Shown: one piece after another, positions 7,742 to 16,282 of the stretch
Numbering within the stretch: the first letter of the stretch is position 1
Layout of the letters: every line of letters begins with the position of its first letter
Virus record (IMG/VR): IMGVR_UViG_2718217867_000002
Span: 1 to 36,349 of that record
DNA length: 36,349 nucleotides
Direction: 5' to 3' (one strand)
From: a virus
Taxonomy: Duplodnaviria; Heunggongvirae; Uroviricota; Caudoviricetes
Notes under the pieces: model-generated
Told to the model about the DNA's origin: nothing
Databases searched by the model: none
What the model saw: the letters and a program-made list of their open reading frames with translations, nothing else
Program-made: the position numbers and the translations under genes

Positions 7742-8797
7742 GTGCGGGTATTACTTCGACCTGTTCTGGTACCGGAACTCGGGCTGGTGATCGTTAAGCC
7801 GGGCCGTGAATCCATGCCGGTATTCCACAATACCCGGGTATTGGTGGAGCCGGAACCGAAAAGCATGCGTAATCTGCCGTCCGGGGTCGTTCCTGCCGTT
7901 CGCCAGCCGCTGGTGGAAGACAAAACATTGCTGCCGTTTTTCAGTAACGCACGGGTGATTCGTGCTGCTGGTGGTGCTGGTGCATTGTCTGACTGGCTGT
8001 TGCGCCATATTAAATCCTGCCAGTGGCCACACGGCGATTATCATCACAGCGAAACCGTCATTCACCGTTATGGTACCGGCGCAATGGTGTTGTGCTGGCA
8101 CTGCGACAACCAGCTGCGTGACCAGACATCCGAATCACTCGGGCAACTTGCTCATCAAAACCTGTCAGCATGGATGATTGACGTCATACGTCATGCAATG
8201 AATGGCACGCAGGAGCGGGAGTTATCGCTGGCTGAATTATCCTGGTGGGCGGTCTGCAATCAGGTGGCGGACGCGCTTCCGGAGGCAGTATTACGTCGTT
8301 CTCTGGGGTTACGTGCGGAAAAAATCCGCTCCTTGTACCGCGAAAGCGACATCGTACCGGGAGAGCAGACCGCCACCAGCATACTGAAGCAGCGCACAAA
8401 AAATCTTGCGCCGTTGCCTCATGCCCACCAGCAAAACCCGCCACAGGAAAAGACGGTGGTCAGCATTGCCGTTGATCCGGAGTCACCGGCTCAGTATCTC
8501 CAGCGCCAGAAACCACAACGGGAAGAGATGCCTGTATACACGCGTTGGGTAAAAACGCAGAAATGCATGACGTGCGGTAATCAGGCAGATGATCCGCATC
8601 ACATCATTGGTCATGGACTGGGAGGGATGGGAACAAAGGCTGATGATTTGTTTGTTATTCCGCTGTGCCGTAAATGTCATAACGAACTGCACGCCGGGGT
8701 AAAAGATTTTGAAGAAAAACACGGCAGCCAGCTGTTGTTGCTGATTCGTTTTTTAATGCACGCGAGAAATTCGGGTGTCCTGAAGTGGAAAGCATGA
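7742..8797 (+). CDS. DUF968/YdfU-like nin-region protein with C-terminal HNH-type zinc-finger nuclease motif
   Basis: 351 aa; GTG start after GGAGG; C-terminus CMTCGN...HHIIGHGLGG...IPLCRKCHNELH. Confidence 0.75.
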   Translation: MRVLLRPVLVPELGLVIVKPGRESMPVFHNTRVLVEPEPKSMRNLPSGVVPAVRQPLVEDKTLLPFFSNARVIRAAGGAGALSDWLLRHIKSCQWPHGDYHHSETVIHRYGTGAMVLCWHCDNQLRDQTSESLGQLAHQNLSAWMIDVIRHAMNGTQERELSLAELSWWAVCNQVADALPEAVLRRSLGLRAEKIRSLYRESDIVPGEQTATSILKQRTKNLAPLPHAHQQNPPQEKTVVSIAVDPESPAQYLQRQKPQREEMPVYTRWVKTQKCMTCGNQADDPHHIIGHGLGGMGTKADDLFVIPLCRKCHNELHAGVKDFEEKHGSQLLLLIRFLMHARNSGVLKWKA

Positions 8798-9163
8798 ATG
8801 ACTGAAAGCATAGAATTTGTTTTGCCTTACCCGCCGACGGTGAATACCTACTGGCGACGTCATGGCAATACGTATTTCATCTCGGAAGCCGGAAAGCGTT
8901 ATCGCCGTGATGTGGCGCTAATTGTTCGCCAGCAGCGGCTGAAATTAAGCCTGTCCGGAAGGCTGGCGATAAAGATTATTGCAGAGCCACCGGATAAGCG
9001 CCGCCGCGACCTGGACAATATCCTGAAGGCACCACTGGATGCGCTGACGCATGCCGGACTACTTATAGACGACGAGCAGTTTGATGAAATCAATATTGTG
9101 CGCGGTCAGCTCGTTCCTGGTGGGCGGCTGGGGATAAAAATCACAGAACTGGAGTGCGCATGA
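8798..9163 (+). CDS. rusA: RusA-family Holliday junction resolvase
   Basis: 121 aa; MTESIEFVLPYPPTVNTYWRR... and DLDNILKAPLDALTHAGLLIDDEQ are typical RusA; start overlaps the upstream stop. Confidence 0.9.
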   Translation: MTESIEFVLPYPPTVNTYWRRHGNTYFISEAGKRYRRDVALIVRQQRLKLSLSGRLAIKIIAEPPDKRRRDLDNILKAPLDALTHAGLLIDDEQFDEINIVRGQLVPGGRLGIKITELECA

Positions 9164-9849
9164 ATAACCAGTATTTACAGTTTGTGCGTGAGCAGCTCAT
9201 TATCGCCACCGCTGATTTGAGTGGGGCAACAAAAGGTCAGCTTGAAGCCTGGCAAGAGAATGCCATGTTCGATACAGGGCGTTACAGGCGAAAAAAAATC
9301 CGGTACCGCGATGAAGTGACTGGAAAAATGATAACGCGGGATAATCCACCAATCCCGGGAAAGCAATCGCTGGCGAAGGGGACGTCAATTCCTCTGGTCA
9401 GTCCGGTTGAGTTTTCGACATCATCGTGGCGGCGGGCTGTTCTGTCTCTTGAAGAACATCATAAAGCCTGGTTGTTGTGGTGTTACAGCGGGAGTATTTG
9501 TTGGGAATATCAGATCGCGATAACACAGTGGGCGTGGAATGAATTTAATACTCAATCCGGTACCAGAAAAATTGCAGGGAAAACGCAGGAACGCCTGAAA
9601 AAATTAATCTGGCTGGCGGCGCAGGCAGTAAAAGCAGAACTTTTTGGTGGGGAAGGTTATGAATACCAGGAGCTGGCATTACTGGCGGGAGTGACAACTA
9701 AAAACTGGTCCAAAACATTTACTCGTCACTGGGTTGCAATGAAACACATTTTTCACCGACTTGATAGTGAGGCTTTATTGTTTGTAATGAGAACACGTTC
9801 AAAACAAAAGGCGGCATTTTCAAAGCAAAGTGTTGCAAAAGTAGATTGA
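9160..9849 (+). CDS. Late-gene antitermination protein Q-like
   Basis: About 230 aa between rusA and the lysis cassette; ATG overlaps the rusA stop (ATGA); assignment is mainly positional. Confidence 0.65.
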   Translation: MNNQYLQFVREQLIIATADLSGATKGQLEAWQENAMFDTGRYRRKKIRYRDEVTGKMITRDNPPIPGKQSLAKGTSIPLVSPVEFSTSSWRRAVLSLEEHHKAWLLWCYSGSICWEYQIAITQWAWNEFNTQSGTRKIAGKTQERLKKLIWLAAQAVKAELFGGEGYEYQELALLAGVTTKNWSKTFTRHWVAMKHIFHRLDSEALLFVMRTRSKQKAAFSKQSVAKVD

Positions 9850-9861
9850 AAGGCATATATT
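9833..9861 (+). promoter_or_regulatory. Candidate late promoter pR' (TTGCAA-17 nt-TATATT) spanning the end of Q
   Basis: Sigma70-like hexamers with 17-bp spacing; a -10-like GATATT lies just downstream and could act as a pause element. Confidence 0.4.
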
Positions 9862-9912
9862 TCATGCAAATCTGATATTTTGCTGATTTTGTACGTGATG
9901 GCAAAAGCAAAC

Positions 9913-9940
9913 AAAACCCGCCCACAAGCGGGTTTTTTGT
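9913..9940 (+). terminator. Intrinsic terminator downstream of Q (candidate tR')
   Basis: AAAACCCGC-ccacaa-GCGGG followed by TTTTTTGT. Confidence 0.5.
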
Positions 9941-10005
9941 GCCACTTATCTCGGATAGACATGGTGAATGCGCTGGTGGAGGAGATAAGGGTGATTTTTG
10001 AATGC

Positions 10006-10034
10006 TTGCAACATTGATTTCGTAACGTTATTAT
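10006..10034 (+). promoter_or_regulatory. Candidate promoter immediately upstream of the tRNA cluster (TTGCAA-17 nt-TATTAT)
   Basis: Sigma70-like hexamers; the -10 ends about 9 nt before the first tRNA. Confidence 0.4.
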
Positions 10035-10043
10035 CCTGCGCCC

Positions 10044-10119
10044 GGCCCTTTAGCTCAGTGGTGAGAGCGAGCGACTCATAATCGCCAGGTCGCTGGTTCA
10101 AATCCAGCAAGGGCCACCA
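10044..10119 (+). tRNA. tRNA with CAT anticodon, Ile2-like (ileX/ileZ-type); could be called Met from the anticodon alone
   Basis: 76 nt; acceptor GGCCCTT/AAGGGCC; anticodon loop ACTCATAAT; TTCAAATCC T-arm; CCA encoded; resembles E. coli ileX. Confidence 0.8.
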
Positions 10120-10120
10120 G

Positions 10121-10197
10121 CCGCCACTAGCTCATCAGGAAAGAGCGTCAACCCTTTAAGTTGAGTGTACGAGGTTCGAGTCCCCGGTGGCGGTCCA
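10121..10197 (+). tRNA. tRNA-like gene of uncertain isotype (anticodon loop CCTTTAA, reads as UUU/Lys but with C at position 33 and an A-C mismatch in the T-stem); possible pseudo-tRNA
   Basis: Acceptor CCGCCAC/GTGGCGG with CCA; D-arm TAGCTCATCAGGAAAGAGC; T-loop TTCGAGT. The cloverleaf folds by hand but has non-canonical features. Confidence 0.45.
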
Positions 10198-10199
10198 GT

Positions 10200-10275
<76 letters not shown>

Positions 10276-10278
10276 TAT

Positions 10279-10353
<75 letters not shown>

Positions 10354-10358
10354 GTTAG

Positions 10359-10485
10359 AGTCTTTCAGTCTGCGATGATGGGAAATCCCGGAGTGACTGA
10401 AAGACGTTTAAGTTATGAATGATCGCCTTTTTTTGCAAAATTGCTGTGCAGAAATACTAACCTTCGGGCAGGCGATCATTCATAA
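10359..10485 (+). promoter_or_regulatory. Two long perfect stem-loops downstream of the tRNAs (candidate terminator or RNA-processing structures)
   Basis: Arms GTCTTTCAGTC/GACTGAAAGAC (11 bp, 24-nt loop) and TTATGAATGATCGCC/GGCGATCATTCATAA (15 bp, 43-nt loop). Confidence 0.4.
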
Positions 10486-10645
10486 GCACTCTGCTTTTAT
10501 TCCGATTAACTGTGGGTGGTTTGTTGGATAGAGTGCTTTCCTTTCTGTATATATCGTTTCGCCCGCTTTTGCGGTTTTTTCTTTTCAAATCCCTTTCATT
10601 TCTCAGTGTAAAACTACGCCATCCGTTATTTGCGGAGGTGAGGCT

Positions 10646-10861
10646 ATGAAATCCATGGACAAAATTTCAACGGGCATTGCCTACGGCACCTCCGCAGGCA
10701 GTGCTGGCTACTGGTTTTTACAGTGGCTTGATCAGGTCAGTCCGTCACAGTGGGCTGCGATTGGTGTACTGGGGAGTCTGGTTCTGGGCTTCCTGACTTA
10801 TCTGACAAATCTGTACTTCAAAATCAGAGAAGACAAGCGTAAGGCTGCACGGGGAGAGTAA
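10646..10861 (+). CDS. Class II holin / pinholin (S21/EssQ-like), dual-start motif MKSMDK
   Basis: 71 aa, two TMDs, charged C-terminus; closely resembles phage 21 S; GGAGGTGAGG RBS. Confidence 0.9.
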   Translation: MKSMDKISTGIAYGTSAGSAGYWFLQWLDQVSPSQWAAIGVLGSLVLGFLTYLTNLYFKIREDKRKAARGE

Positions 10862-10865
10862 TTCA

Positions 10866-11180
10866 ATGACTCAAAACTATGAACTGATTGTGAAAGGGAT
10901 CCGCAATTTTGAGAATAAAGTTACGGTAACTTTAGCGTTACGGGACAAAAAACGCTTTGACGGTGAAATTTTTGGCTTGGACATCTCGCTGGACCGTGTT
11001 GAAGGTGCCGCGCTGGAGTTTTATGAGGCAGCAGCCAGAAGGAGCATCAGACAGGTCTTCCTGGATGTTGCTGCCGGGTTATGTGAAGGGGACGAGCTGT
11101 TGCCAGAAACGCGCCCCTGTTCAGAGGCGCGGTATACCATAAAAATTAACAGTTCTGATAACTCGATTACAGGTTGTTAG
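10866..11180 (+). CDS. Lysis-cassette protein of unknown function (YdfR/DUF1327-like)
   Basis: 104-aa ORF between holin and endolysin, as ydfR sits between essQ and rrrQ in Qin. Confidence 0.55.
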   Translation: MTQNYELIVKGIRNFENKVTVTLALRDKKRFDGEIFGLDISLDRVEGAALEFYEAAARRSIRQVFLDVAAGLCEGDELLPETRPCSEARYTIKINSSDNSITGC

Positions 11181-11235
11181 CTTTTTGCAGTTGGCTTTCC
11201 AGTATCTTTCATTGGTAGCATCCTGATAAATATCC

Positions 11236-11769
11236 ATGAGCGCAAAAATCAAATACGGCCTGTCAGCTGCTGTTCTGGCGCTGATTGCTGCAGGCGCGTC
11301 TGCTCCTCAAATACTTGACCAGTTTCTGGATGAAAAAGAGGGTAACCACACTACGGCATACCGCGATGGTTCCGGTATATGGACCATCTGTCGTGGTGCC
11401 ACAATGGTGGATGGTAAGCCCGTCATACCGGGAATGAAGCTGTCGAAGGAAAAATGCGACCAGGTTAACGCTATTGAACGTGATAAGGCGCTGGCATGGG
11501 TGGAGCGCAATATTAAAGTACCACTGACCGAACCACAGAAAGCGGGTATAGCGTCATTCTGTCCCTATAACATTGGCCCCGGTAAGTGTTTCCCGTCGAC
11601 GTTTTATAAGCGGCTGAATGCCGGTGATCGTAAGGGCGCATGCGAGGCGATTCGCTGGTGGATAAAAGATGGTGGGCGCGATTGCCGCATACGTTCAAAT
11701 AACTGCTATGGACAGGTTATTCGTCGTGACCAGGAAAGCGCATTAGCCTGTTGGGGGATAGATCAGTGA
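11236..11769 (+). CDS. Endolysin, GH24-type lysozyme with N-terminal signal-anchor-release-like segment (RrrQ-like)
   Basis: 177 aa; Gly/Ala-rich N-terminal segment; E-x8-D-x5-T catalytic spacing ([25 protein letters not shown]). Confidence 0.9.
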   Translation: MSAKIKYGLSAAVLALIAAGASAPQILDQFLDEKEGNHTTAYRDGSGIWTICRGATMVDGKPVIPGMKLSKEKCDQVNAIERDKALAWVERNIKVPLTEPQKAGIASFCPYNIGPGKCFPSTFYKRLNAGDRKGACEAIRWWIKDGGRDCRIRSNNCYGQVIRRDQESALACWGIDQ

Positions 11770-12233
11770 GCAGAGTCGCAGCGATTATTTATACTCTGGT
11801 TATCTGCACCATCGTCTGCCTGTCGTGGGCGGTCAATCATTACCGTGATAACGCCATCGCCTACAAAGAACAGCGTGATAAAAAAGTCAGTGAGCTGAAG
11901 CAGGCGACTGCCACCATCGCTGACATGCAACAGCGTCAGCGTGATGTTGCTGCGCTCGATGCAAAGTACTCGAGAGAATTAGCCAATGCGAAAGCTGAAA
12001 ATGAAACTCTGCGCGCTGATGTTGCCGCTGGTCGTAAGCGCCTGCGGGTCAATGCCAGTTGCTCCGCAGCCGTGCGTGAAGCCACCGGCCCCACCAGCGT
12101 GGATAATGCAACCAGCCCCCGACTGGCAGACACCGCTGAACGGGATTATTTCACCCTCAGAGAACGGTTGATGACGATGCAGAAGCAACTGGAAGGGGCA
12201 CAGCTATACATTCGTGAGCAATGTCTCAGATAA
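11766..12233 (+). CDS. Rz-like inner-membrane spanin (i-spanin)
   Basis: GTG overlapping the endolysin stop (the ORF track starts at the TTG at 11751); N-terminal TMD, coiled-coil, embedded Rz1. Confidence 0.75.
   Translation: MSRVAAIIYTLVICTIVCLSWAVNHYRDNAIAYKEQRDKKVSELKQATATIADMQQRQRDVAALDAKYSRELANAKAENETLRADVAAGRKRLRVNASCSAAVREATGPTSVDNATSPRLADTAERDYFTLRERLMTMQKQLEGAQLYIREQCLR
11986..12171 (+). CDS. Rz1-like outer-membrane lipoprotein spanin, embedded in Rz in the +1 frame
   Basis: 61 aa; lipobox LVVSAC; proline-rich; close to lambda Rz1 ([23 protein letters not shown]). Confidence 0.75.
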   Translation: MRKLKMKLCALMLPLVVSACGSMPVAPQPCVKPPAPPAWIMQPAPDWQTPLNGIISPSENG

Positions 12234-12411
12234 AAAACGGCCAAGGATAATCCGCTAAAGATTCGCCGGTGGCGAAAGAGAGCCAAGGTGTCAACCTACG
12301 CTATTACTTATGATAATGCAACAGACGAAGCGGGACATTCAGGTGCATAACAAAGCGTGGCAGGTGAACTGCAAACCTGAAAAGGCGCAAAAATCTGCGC
12401 CAGAATGGTAG

Positions 12412-12897
12412 TTATTTTGTGGTTTTGAAAAGTTTCATGTACTGATTGATAGGTTTTCCTGAGTAAGAATCTGTCCCTGGCTCAGGAGTATCAGATAAAA
12501 CTTTTGCAGCTAATTTGTTGGAGGCTTGATTACCAACCCCGACAATAGCCTCTACATAGAATTCATTGAAGGAATTTCTAAATCCGTATTGCATTTCTTC
12601 AATGCTGGCGATGAGAAGTTGAGTACCGATGCCTTGCGCTTTATATTCATCGGCTACTGCATAGCCAACGCCAAAGCATGGTTTACCTTCAACAAACTCT
12701 GCAGGGACATATATAGCAACACCTTTAACATTTTCTCCTTCAAAGAATGCATAAGTAAACCGTGGTGTACCCTCTGCATCATCCAAAAGCACCTTCATAT
12801 TTGGGTGAACTATGCATGGTGAAGGCTTAATCAGACCATTAGAAAAGGCGTATTGAAAACTAATTAATGAGTCTGTTGGATCAACGAGTTCTGGCAT
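12412..12897 (-). CDS. GNAT-family N-acetyltransferase, antisense to the phage late genes (moron)
   Basis: 161 aa; motif AQGIGTQLLIASIEEM fits the GNAT acetyl-CoA-binding motif A; AT-rich flanks; hairpin GGCGCA-aaaatc-TGCGCC near 12376-12395 downstream on the minus strand. Confidence 0.7.
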   Translation of the reverse strand: MPELVDPTDSLISFQYAFSNGLIKPSPCIVHPNMKVLLDDAEGTPRFTYAFFEGENVKGVAIYVPAEFVEGKPCFGVGYAVADEYKAQGIGTQLLIASIEEMQYGFRNSFNEFYVEAIVGVGNQASNKLAAKVLSDTPEPGTDSYSGKPINQYMKLFKTTK

Positions 12898-13141
12898 TTT
12901 GAGTCCTATGTATTTTGATATAAGCGATTCAACATACTACTTTCTTACGTTTAATTCTTTAACATTAACGAGCCAGGATACGAAATTTTGAAAAAGAGTA
13001 AAGTTTTTAATAATTCATTCAAAGCATATCGCATGTGCACATCTAAGAAAGGCTTTCAGCTGTGAGCCTGGGTAAACCGTAAACTTTCGGCGACTCTGCC
13101 GTGCGACAGGTTCACGTCTAACATGTCTAAAAGGAAGAGTT

Positions 13142-13342
13142 ATGAAGTTTCAGGTCGCTAAACTGTATCGTGGTAAACATTTCGCAGGGTATGGGATTGC
13201 AGTTGATGGTGAGTTACTGGAAGGGCAGCTTTCCGCCAGGACAGAGTCACGCGGAGGCGAGCCACCAACAGTCACTGTGACTTTCAGACTGACAGCAGAA
13301 CATATCGAGAATCAGCCCGTCATTCAACTGAACAGGGGGTGA
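13142..13342 (+). CDS. Hypothetical small protein (66 aa)
   Basis: ORF with AAAGGAAGAG RBS; immediately upstream of the HNH gene. Confidence 0.4.
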   Translation: MKFQVAKLYRGKHFAGYGIAVDGELLEGQLSARTESRGGEPPTVTVTFRLTAEHIENQPVIQLNRG

Positions 13343-13349
13343 GGTATTT

Positions 13350-13700
13350 ATGCCATCACGAATCCCACGCGCCTGCCGTAAGCGTGGATGTGCAGGTACA
13401 ACCACAGACAGTTCTGGTTACTGCGATAAACATCGTGGCGAAGGATGGGTACAGCATCAACGCGGACTGAGCCGCCACCAGCGTGGCTATGGCTCGAAAT
13501 GGGATGCCATACGTGCGCGCATACTGAAGCGTGATAATCATCTGTGTCAGAACTGCCTGCGCAATGGGAGAGCCGTTGAAGCCAGAACTGTGGACCACAT
13601 CATTCCGAAAGCTCATGGTGGCACGGATGCAGACAGTAACCTGCAGAGTCTGTGCTGGCCCTGTCATAAAGCAAAAACAGCGCGCGAACGCATCAATTGA
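13350..13700 (+). CDS. HNH endonuclease (terminase-associated)
   Basis: 116 aa; CxxC...HIIPKAHGGTDADSNLQSLCWPCHKAK is a canonical HNH motif; sits just before terS. Confidence 0.85.
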   Translation: MPSRIPRACRKRGCAGTTTDSSGYCDKHRGEGWVQHQRGLSRHQRGYGSKWDAIRARILKRDNHLCQNCLRNGRAVEARTVDHIIPKAHGGTDADSNLQSLCWPCHKAKTARERIN

Positions 13701-13848
13701 TAACAGTTCCCATCTGTAGGGGAGGGGCGGGTCAAATCTCTGCAACCCTGGCTGCTCAGTACCGCCGCCTGACCCTTCCTCACATCGCCGCAGGTTCGAA
13801 AACTTTTTTTTGGAAATGTGAACAAACGATTGATAGGTAAGACCGATT

Positions 13849-14331
13849 ATGTCAGGACCTCCGAAAACCCCGCCACGCCTGCATTTGATTCGAGGCAACC
13901 CCTCAAAACGTCCCGTTAAAGACCACAAAAAAACCGCTAAAAAGGATGAAAAAGGTCTTCCTAAAATTCCGCAGCATTTAGGGGCTCAGGGGAAGTACTG
14001 GTTCAGGCGAATGGCGGAAGAGCTGAATGCGGAAGGGATCATTTCTCAGCTTGATGCGCGTGCGCTCGAGTTGCTGGTGGAAGCCTACACCGAATATCGG
14101 CATCACTGCGAAACACTCGATGTTGAGGGGTATACCTACCGCACGGAAACGCAGAGCGGTGATGTACTGATTAAGGCGCACCCCGCGGCGGCAATGAAAG
14201 CGGATGCCTGGAAGCGGATCCGGGCAATGCTTGCAGAGTTTGGTATGTCACCGGCAAGCCGGGCTAAAGTAAATATCGCCGGACCGGATGATGTTGATCC
14301 GCTGGCGGAGCTTTTAAAAGCGAGAGACTGA
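13849..14331 (+). CDS. Terminase small subunit (P27-family-like)
   Basis: 160 aa; immediately precedes and overlaps the large terminase start (TGATG). Confidence 0.8.
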   Translation: MSGPPKTPPRLHLIRGNPSKRPVKDHKKTAKKDEKGLPKIPQHLGAQGKYWFRRMAEELNAEGIISQLDARALELLVEAYTEYRHHCETLDVEGYTYRTETQSGDVLIKAHPAAAMKADAWKRIRAMLAEFGMSPASRAKVNIAGPDDVDPLAELLKARD

Positions 14332-16088
14332 TGGCAAAAGTGGCTGACGGGATCCGCTACGCCGAACGTGTTGTTGCAGGAGAAATTGTTGCTGGCGAAT
14401 TTGTCCGCCTGGCCTGCCAGCGTTTTCTTGATGATCTGAAGTACGGCGAAGAGCGGGGGATTTATTTCAGTGAACCCCGTGCGCAGCACATCCTGAATTT
14501 CTACAAATTTGTGCCTCATGTAAAAGGGGCGCTGGCAGGCCAGCCCATTGAGTTGATGGACTGGCATGTATTTATCCTCATTAATATTTTTGGTTTTGTC
14601 ATTCCGCTGGTCAATGAAGAGACCGGGGAAGTTGTCATGCGCAGCGATGGCAGCGGACGTCCGGTGATGGTGCGCCGGTTCCGGACGGCGTACAACGAAG
14701 TCGCCCGTAAAAACGCAAAATCAACCCTGTCATCAGGTATCGGTCTGTATATGACGGGGGCAGATGGTGAAGGCGGGGCTGAGGTGTATTCAGCCGCAAC
14801 CACGCGTGACCAGGCCAGAATCGTGTTTGAAGACGCCAAAAATATGGTCAGAAAAGCCCGATCGACACTCGGGCGGTTGTTTGATTTCAACAAGCTGGCG
14901 ATTTACCAGGAGCAGAGCGCATCAAAATTTGAACCGCTTTCCTCGGATGCAAACAACCTGGATGGTCTGAACATCCACTGCGCCATTATTGATGAGCTGC
15001 ATGCACATAAAACCCGCGACGTGTGGGACGTTCTGGAAACGGCAACTGGTGCCCGTCTGCAGTCCCTTTTATTTGGTATCACCACGGCAGGGTTTAACAA
15101 GGAAGGGATTTGTTACGAGCAGCGTGATTACGCCATCAAGGTATTGCGTGGCTATAACAGCGACGTGGAGGGCGCGGTAAAAGACGACTCCTACTTTGCG
15201 ATTATTTACACCCTCGATGAGGGAGATGATCCGTTTGATGAAACGGTCTGGCAGAAAGCGAATCCCGGCCTGGGCATCTGTAAACGCTGGGATGATCTGC
15301 GTCGCCTGGCGAAAAAAGCGAAAGAACAGGTCTCTGCGCGGGTGAATTTTTTTACCAAACACATGAATGTGTGGGTAACAGCAGAGTCTGCCTGGATGGA
15401 CATGATTAAGTGGGAGAAGTGCGAATACATTGCCCCACGACATGAGCTGAAAACGTATCCCATGTGGGTCGGCGTTGACCTTGCTCATAAGATTGATATC
15501 TGTGCGGCGGCAAAACTCTGGCGAACGGATAACGGGCATGTTCATGCCGATTTTAAATTCTGGCTTCCGGAAGGACGGCTGGAACGATGCTCGCGGCAGC
15601 AGGCAGAACTTTACCGGAAGTGGGCGGAGATGGATAAGCTGATTCTGACGGATGGTGATGTTATCGATCATGCTCAGATAAAAAGTGACTTACTGGAATG
15701 GATTGGTGGTGAAAACCTCAGGGAACTGGGATTTGACCCGTGGAGCGCGATGCAGTTCAGCCTGGCACTGGCTGAAGAAGGGATACCGCTGGTGGAGGTT
15801 CCGCAGACGGTTCGCAATCTGTCAGAGGCCATGAAGGAAACGGAATCACTGGTCTATGCCGGGCGTTTCCATCACAGCAATCATCCGGTCATGAACTGGA
15901 TGATGTCTAACGTTACGGTAAAACCGGACAAAAACGACAATATCTTCCCGAATAAATCCACGCTGGAAGCCAAAATCGACGGCCCTGTTGCGATGTTTAC
16001 AGCAATGAGCCGGATGCTGGTCAATGGTGGTGAACCGGAGCTGGATCTGTCTGAACATCTGGTCAGCGTGGGCATCCGCTCGCTTTAA
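14331..16088 (+). CDS. Terminase large subunit
   Basis: 585 aa; ATPase region followed by a nuclease region; conserved position. Confidence 0.95.
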   Translation: MAKVADGIRYAERVVAGEIVAGEFVRLACQRFLDDLKYGEERGIYFSEPRAQHILNFYKFVPHVKGALAGQPIELMDWHVFILINIFGFVIPLVNEETGEVVMRSDGSGRPVMVRRFRTAYNEVARKNAKSTLSSGIGLYMTGADGEGGAEVYSAATTRDQARIVFEDAKNMVRKARSTLGRLFDFNKLAIYQEQSASKFEPLSSDANNLDGLNIHCAIIDELHAHKTRDVWDVLETATGARLQSLLFGITTAGFNKEGICYEQRDYAIKVLRGYNSDVEGAVKDDSYFAIIYTLDEGDDPFDETVWQKANPGLGICKRWDDLRRLAKKAKEQVSARVNFFTKHMNVWVTAESAWMDMIKWEKCEYIAPRHELKTYPMWVGVDLAHKIDICAAAKLWRTDNGHVHADFKFWLPEGRLERCSRQQAELYRKWAEMDKLILTDGDVIDHAQIKSDLLEWIGGENLRELGFDPWSAMQFSLALAEEGIPLVEVPQTVRNLSEAMKETESLVYAGRFHHSNHPVMNWMMSNVTVKPDKNDNIFPNKSTLEAKIDGPVAMFTAMSRMLVNGGEPELDLSEHLVSVGIRSL

Positions 16089-16099
16089 CCGAGGTCATT

Positions 16100-16282
16100 A
16101 TGTTTCTGATAATTCTCGCGCCACTGGTGGGCGTGCTGGGTGCGCTTTTGCTGGCGTATGGTGCCTGGCTGATTTATCCCCCGGCGGGTTTTGTTGTTGC
16201 CGGGGTGCTGTGCCTGTTCTGGTCGTGGCTGGTGGCGCGATATCTCGACCGTACACAGCCGTCTGTCGGCGGAGGTAAATAG
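16100..16282 (+). CDS. Small hydrophobic protein (60 aa, 2 predicted TMDs)
   Basis: ORF with GAGG RBS between terminase and portal. Confidence 0.45.
   Translation: MFLIILAPLVGVLGALLLAYGAWLIYPPAGFVVAGVLCLFWSWLVARYLDRTQPSVGGGK

Noticed and set aside
10957-11142. 61-aa ORF in an alternative frame inside the lysis-cassette unknown gene
   Set aside because: Wholly contained in the longer 104-aa ORF, which has the better start context.
14136-16075. ORFs antisense to or out of frame within the large terminase gene (including the 200-aa ORF 15069..15671)
   Set aside because: Embedded in a strongly supported terminase ORF with no independent RBS or motifs.
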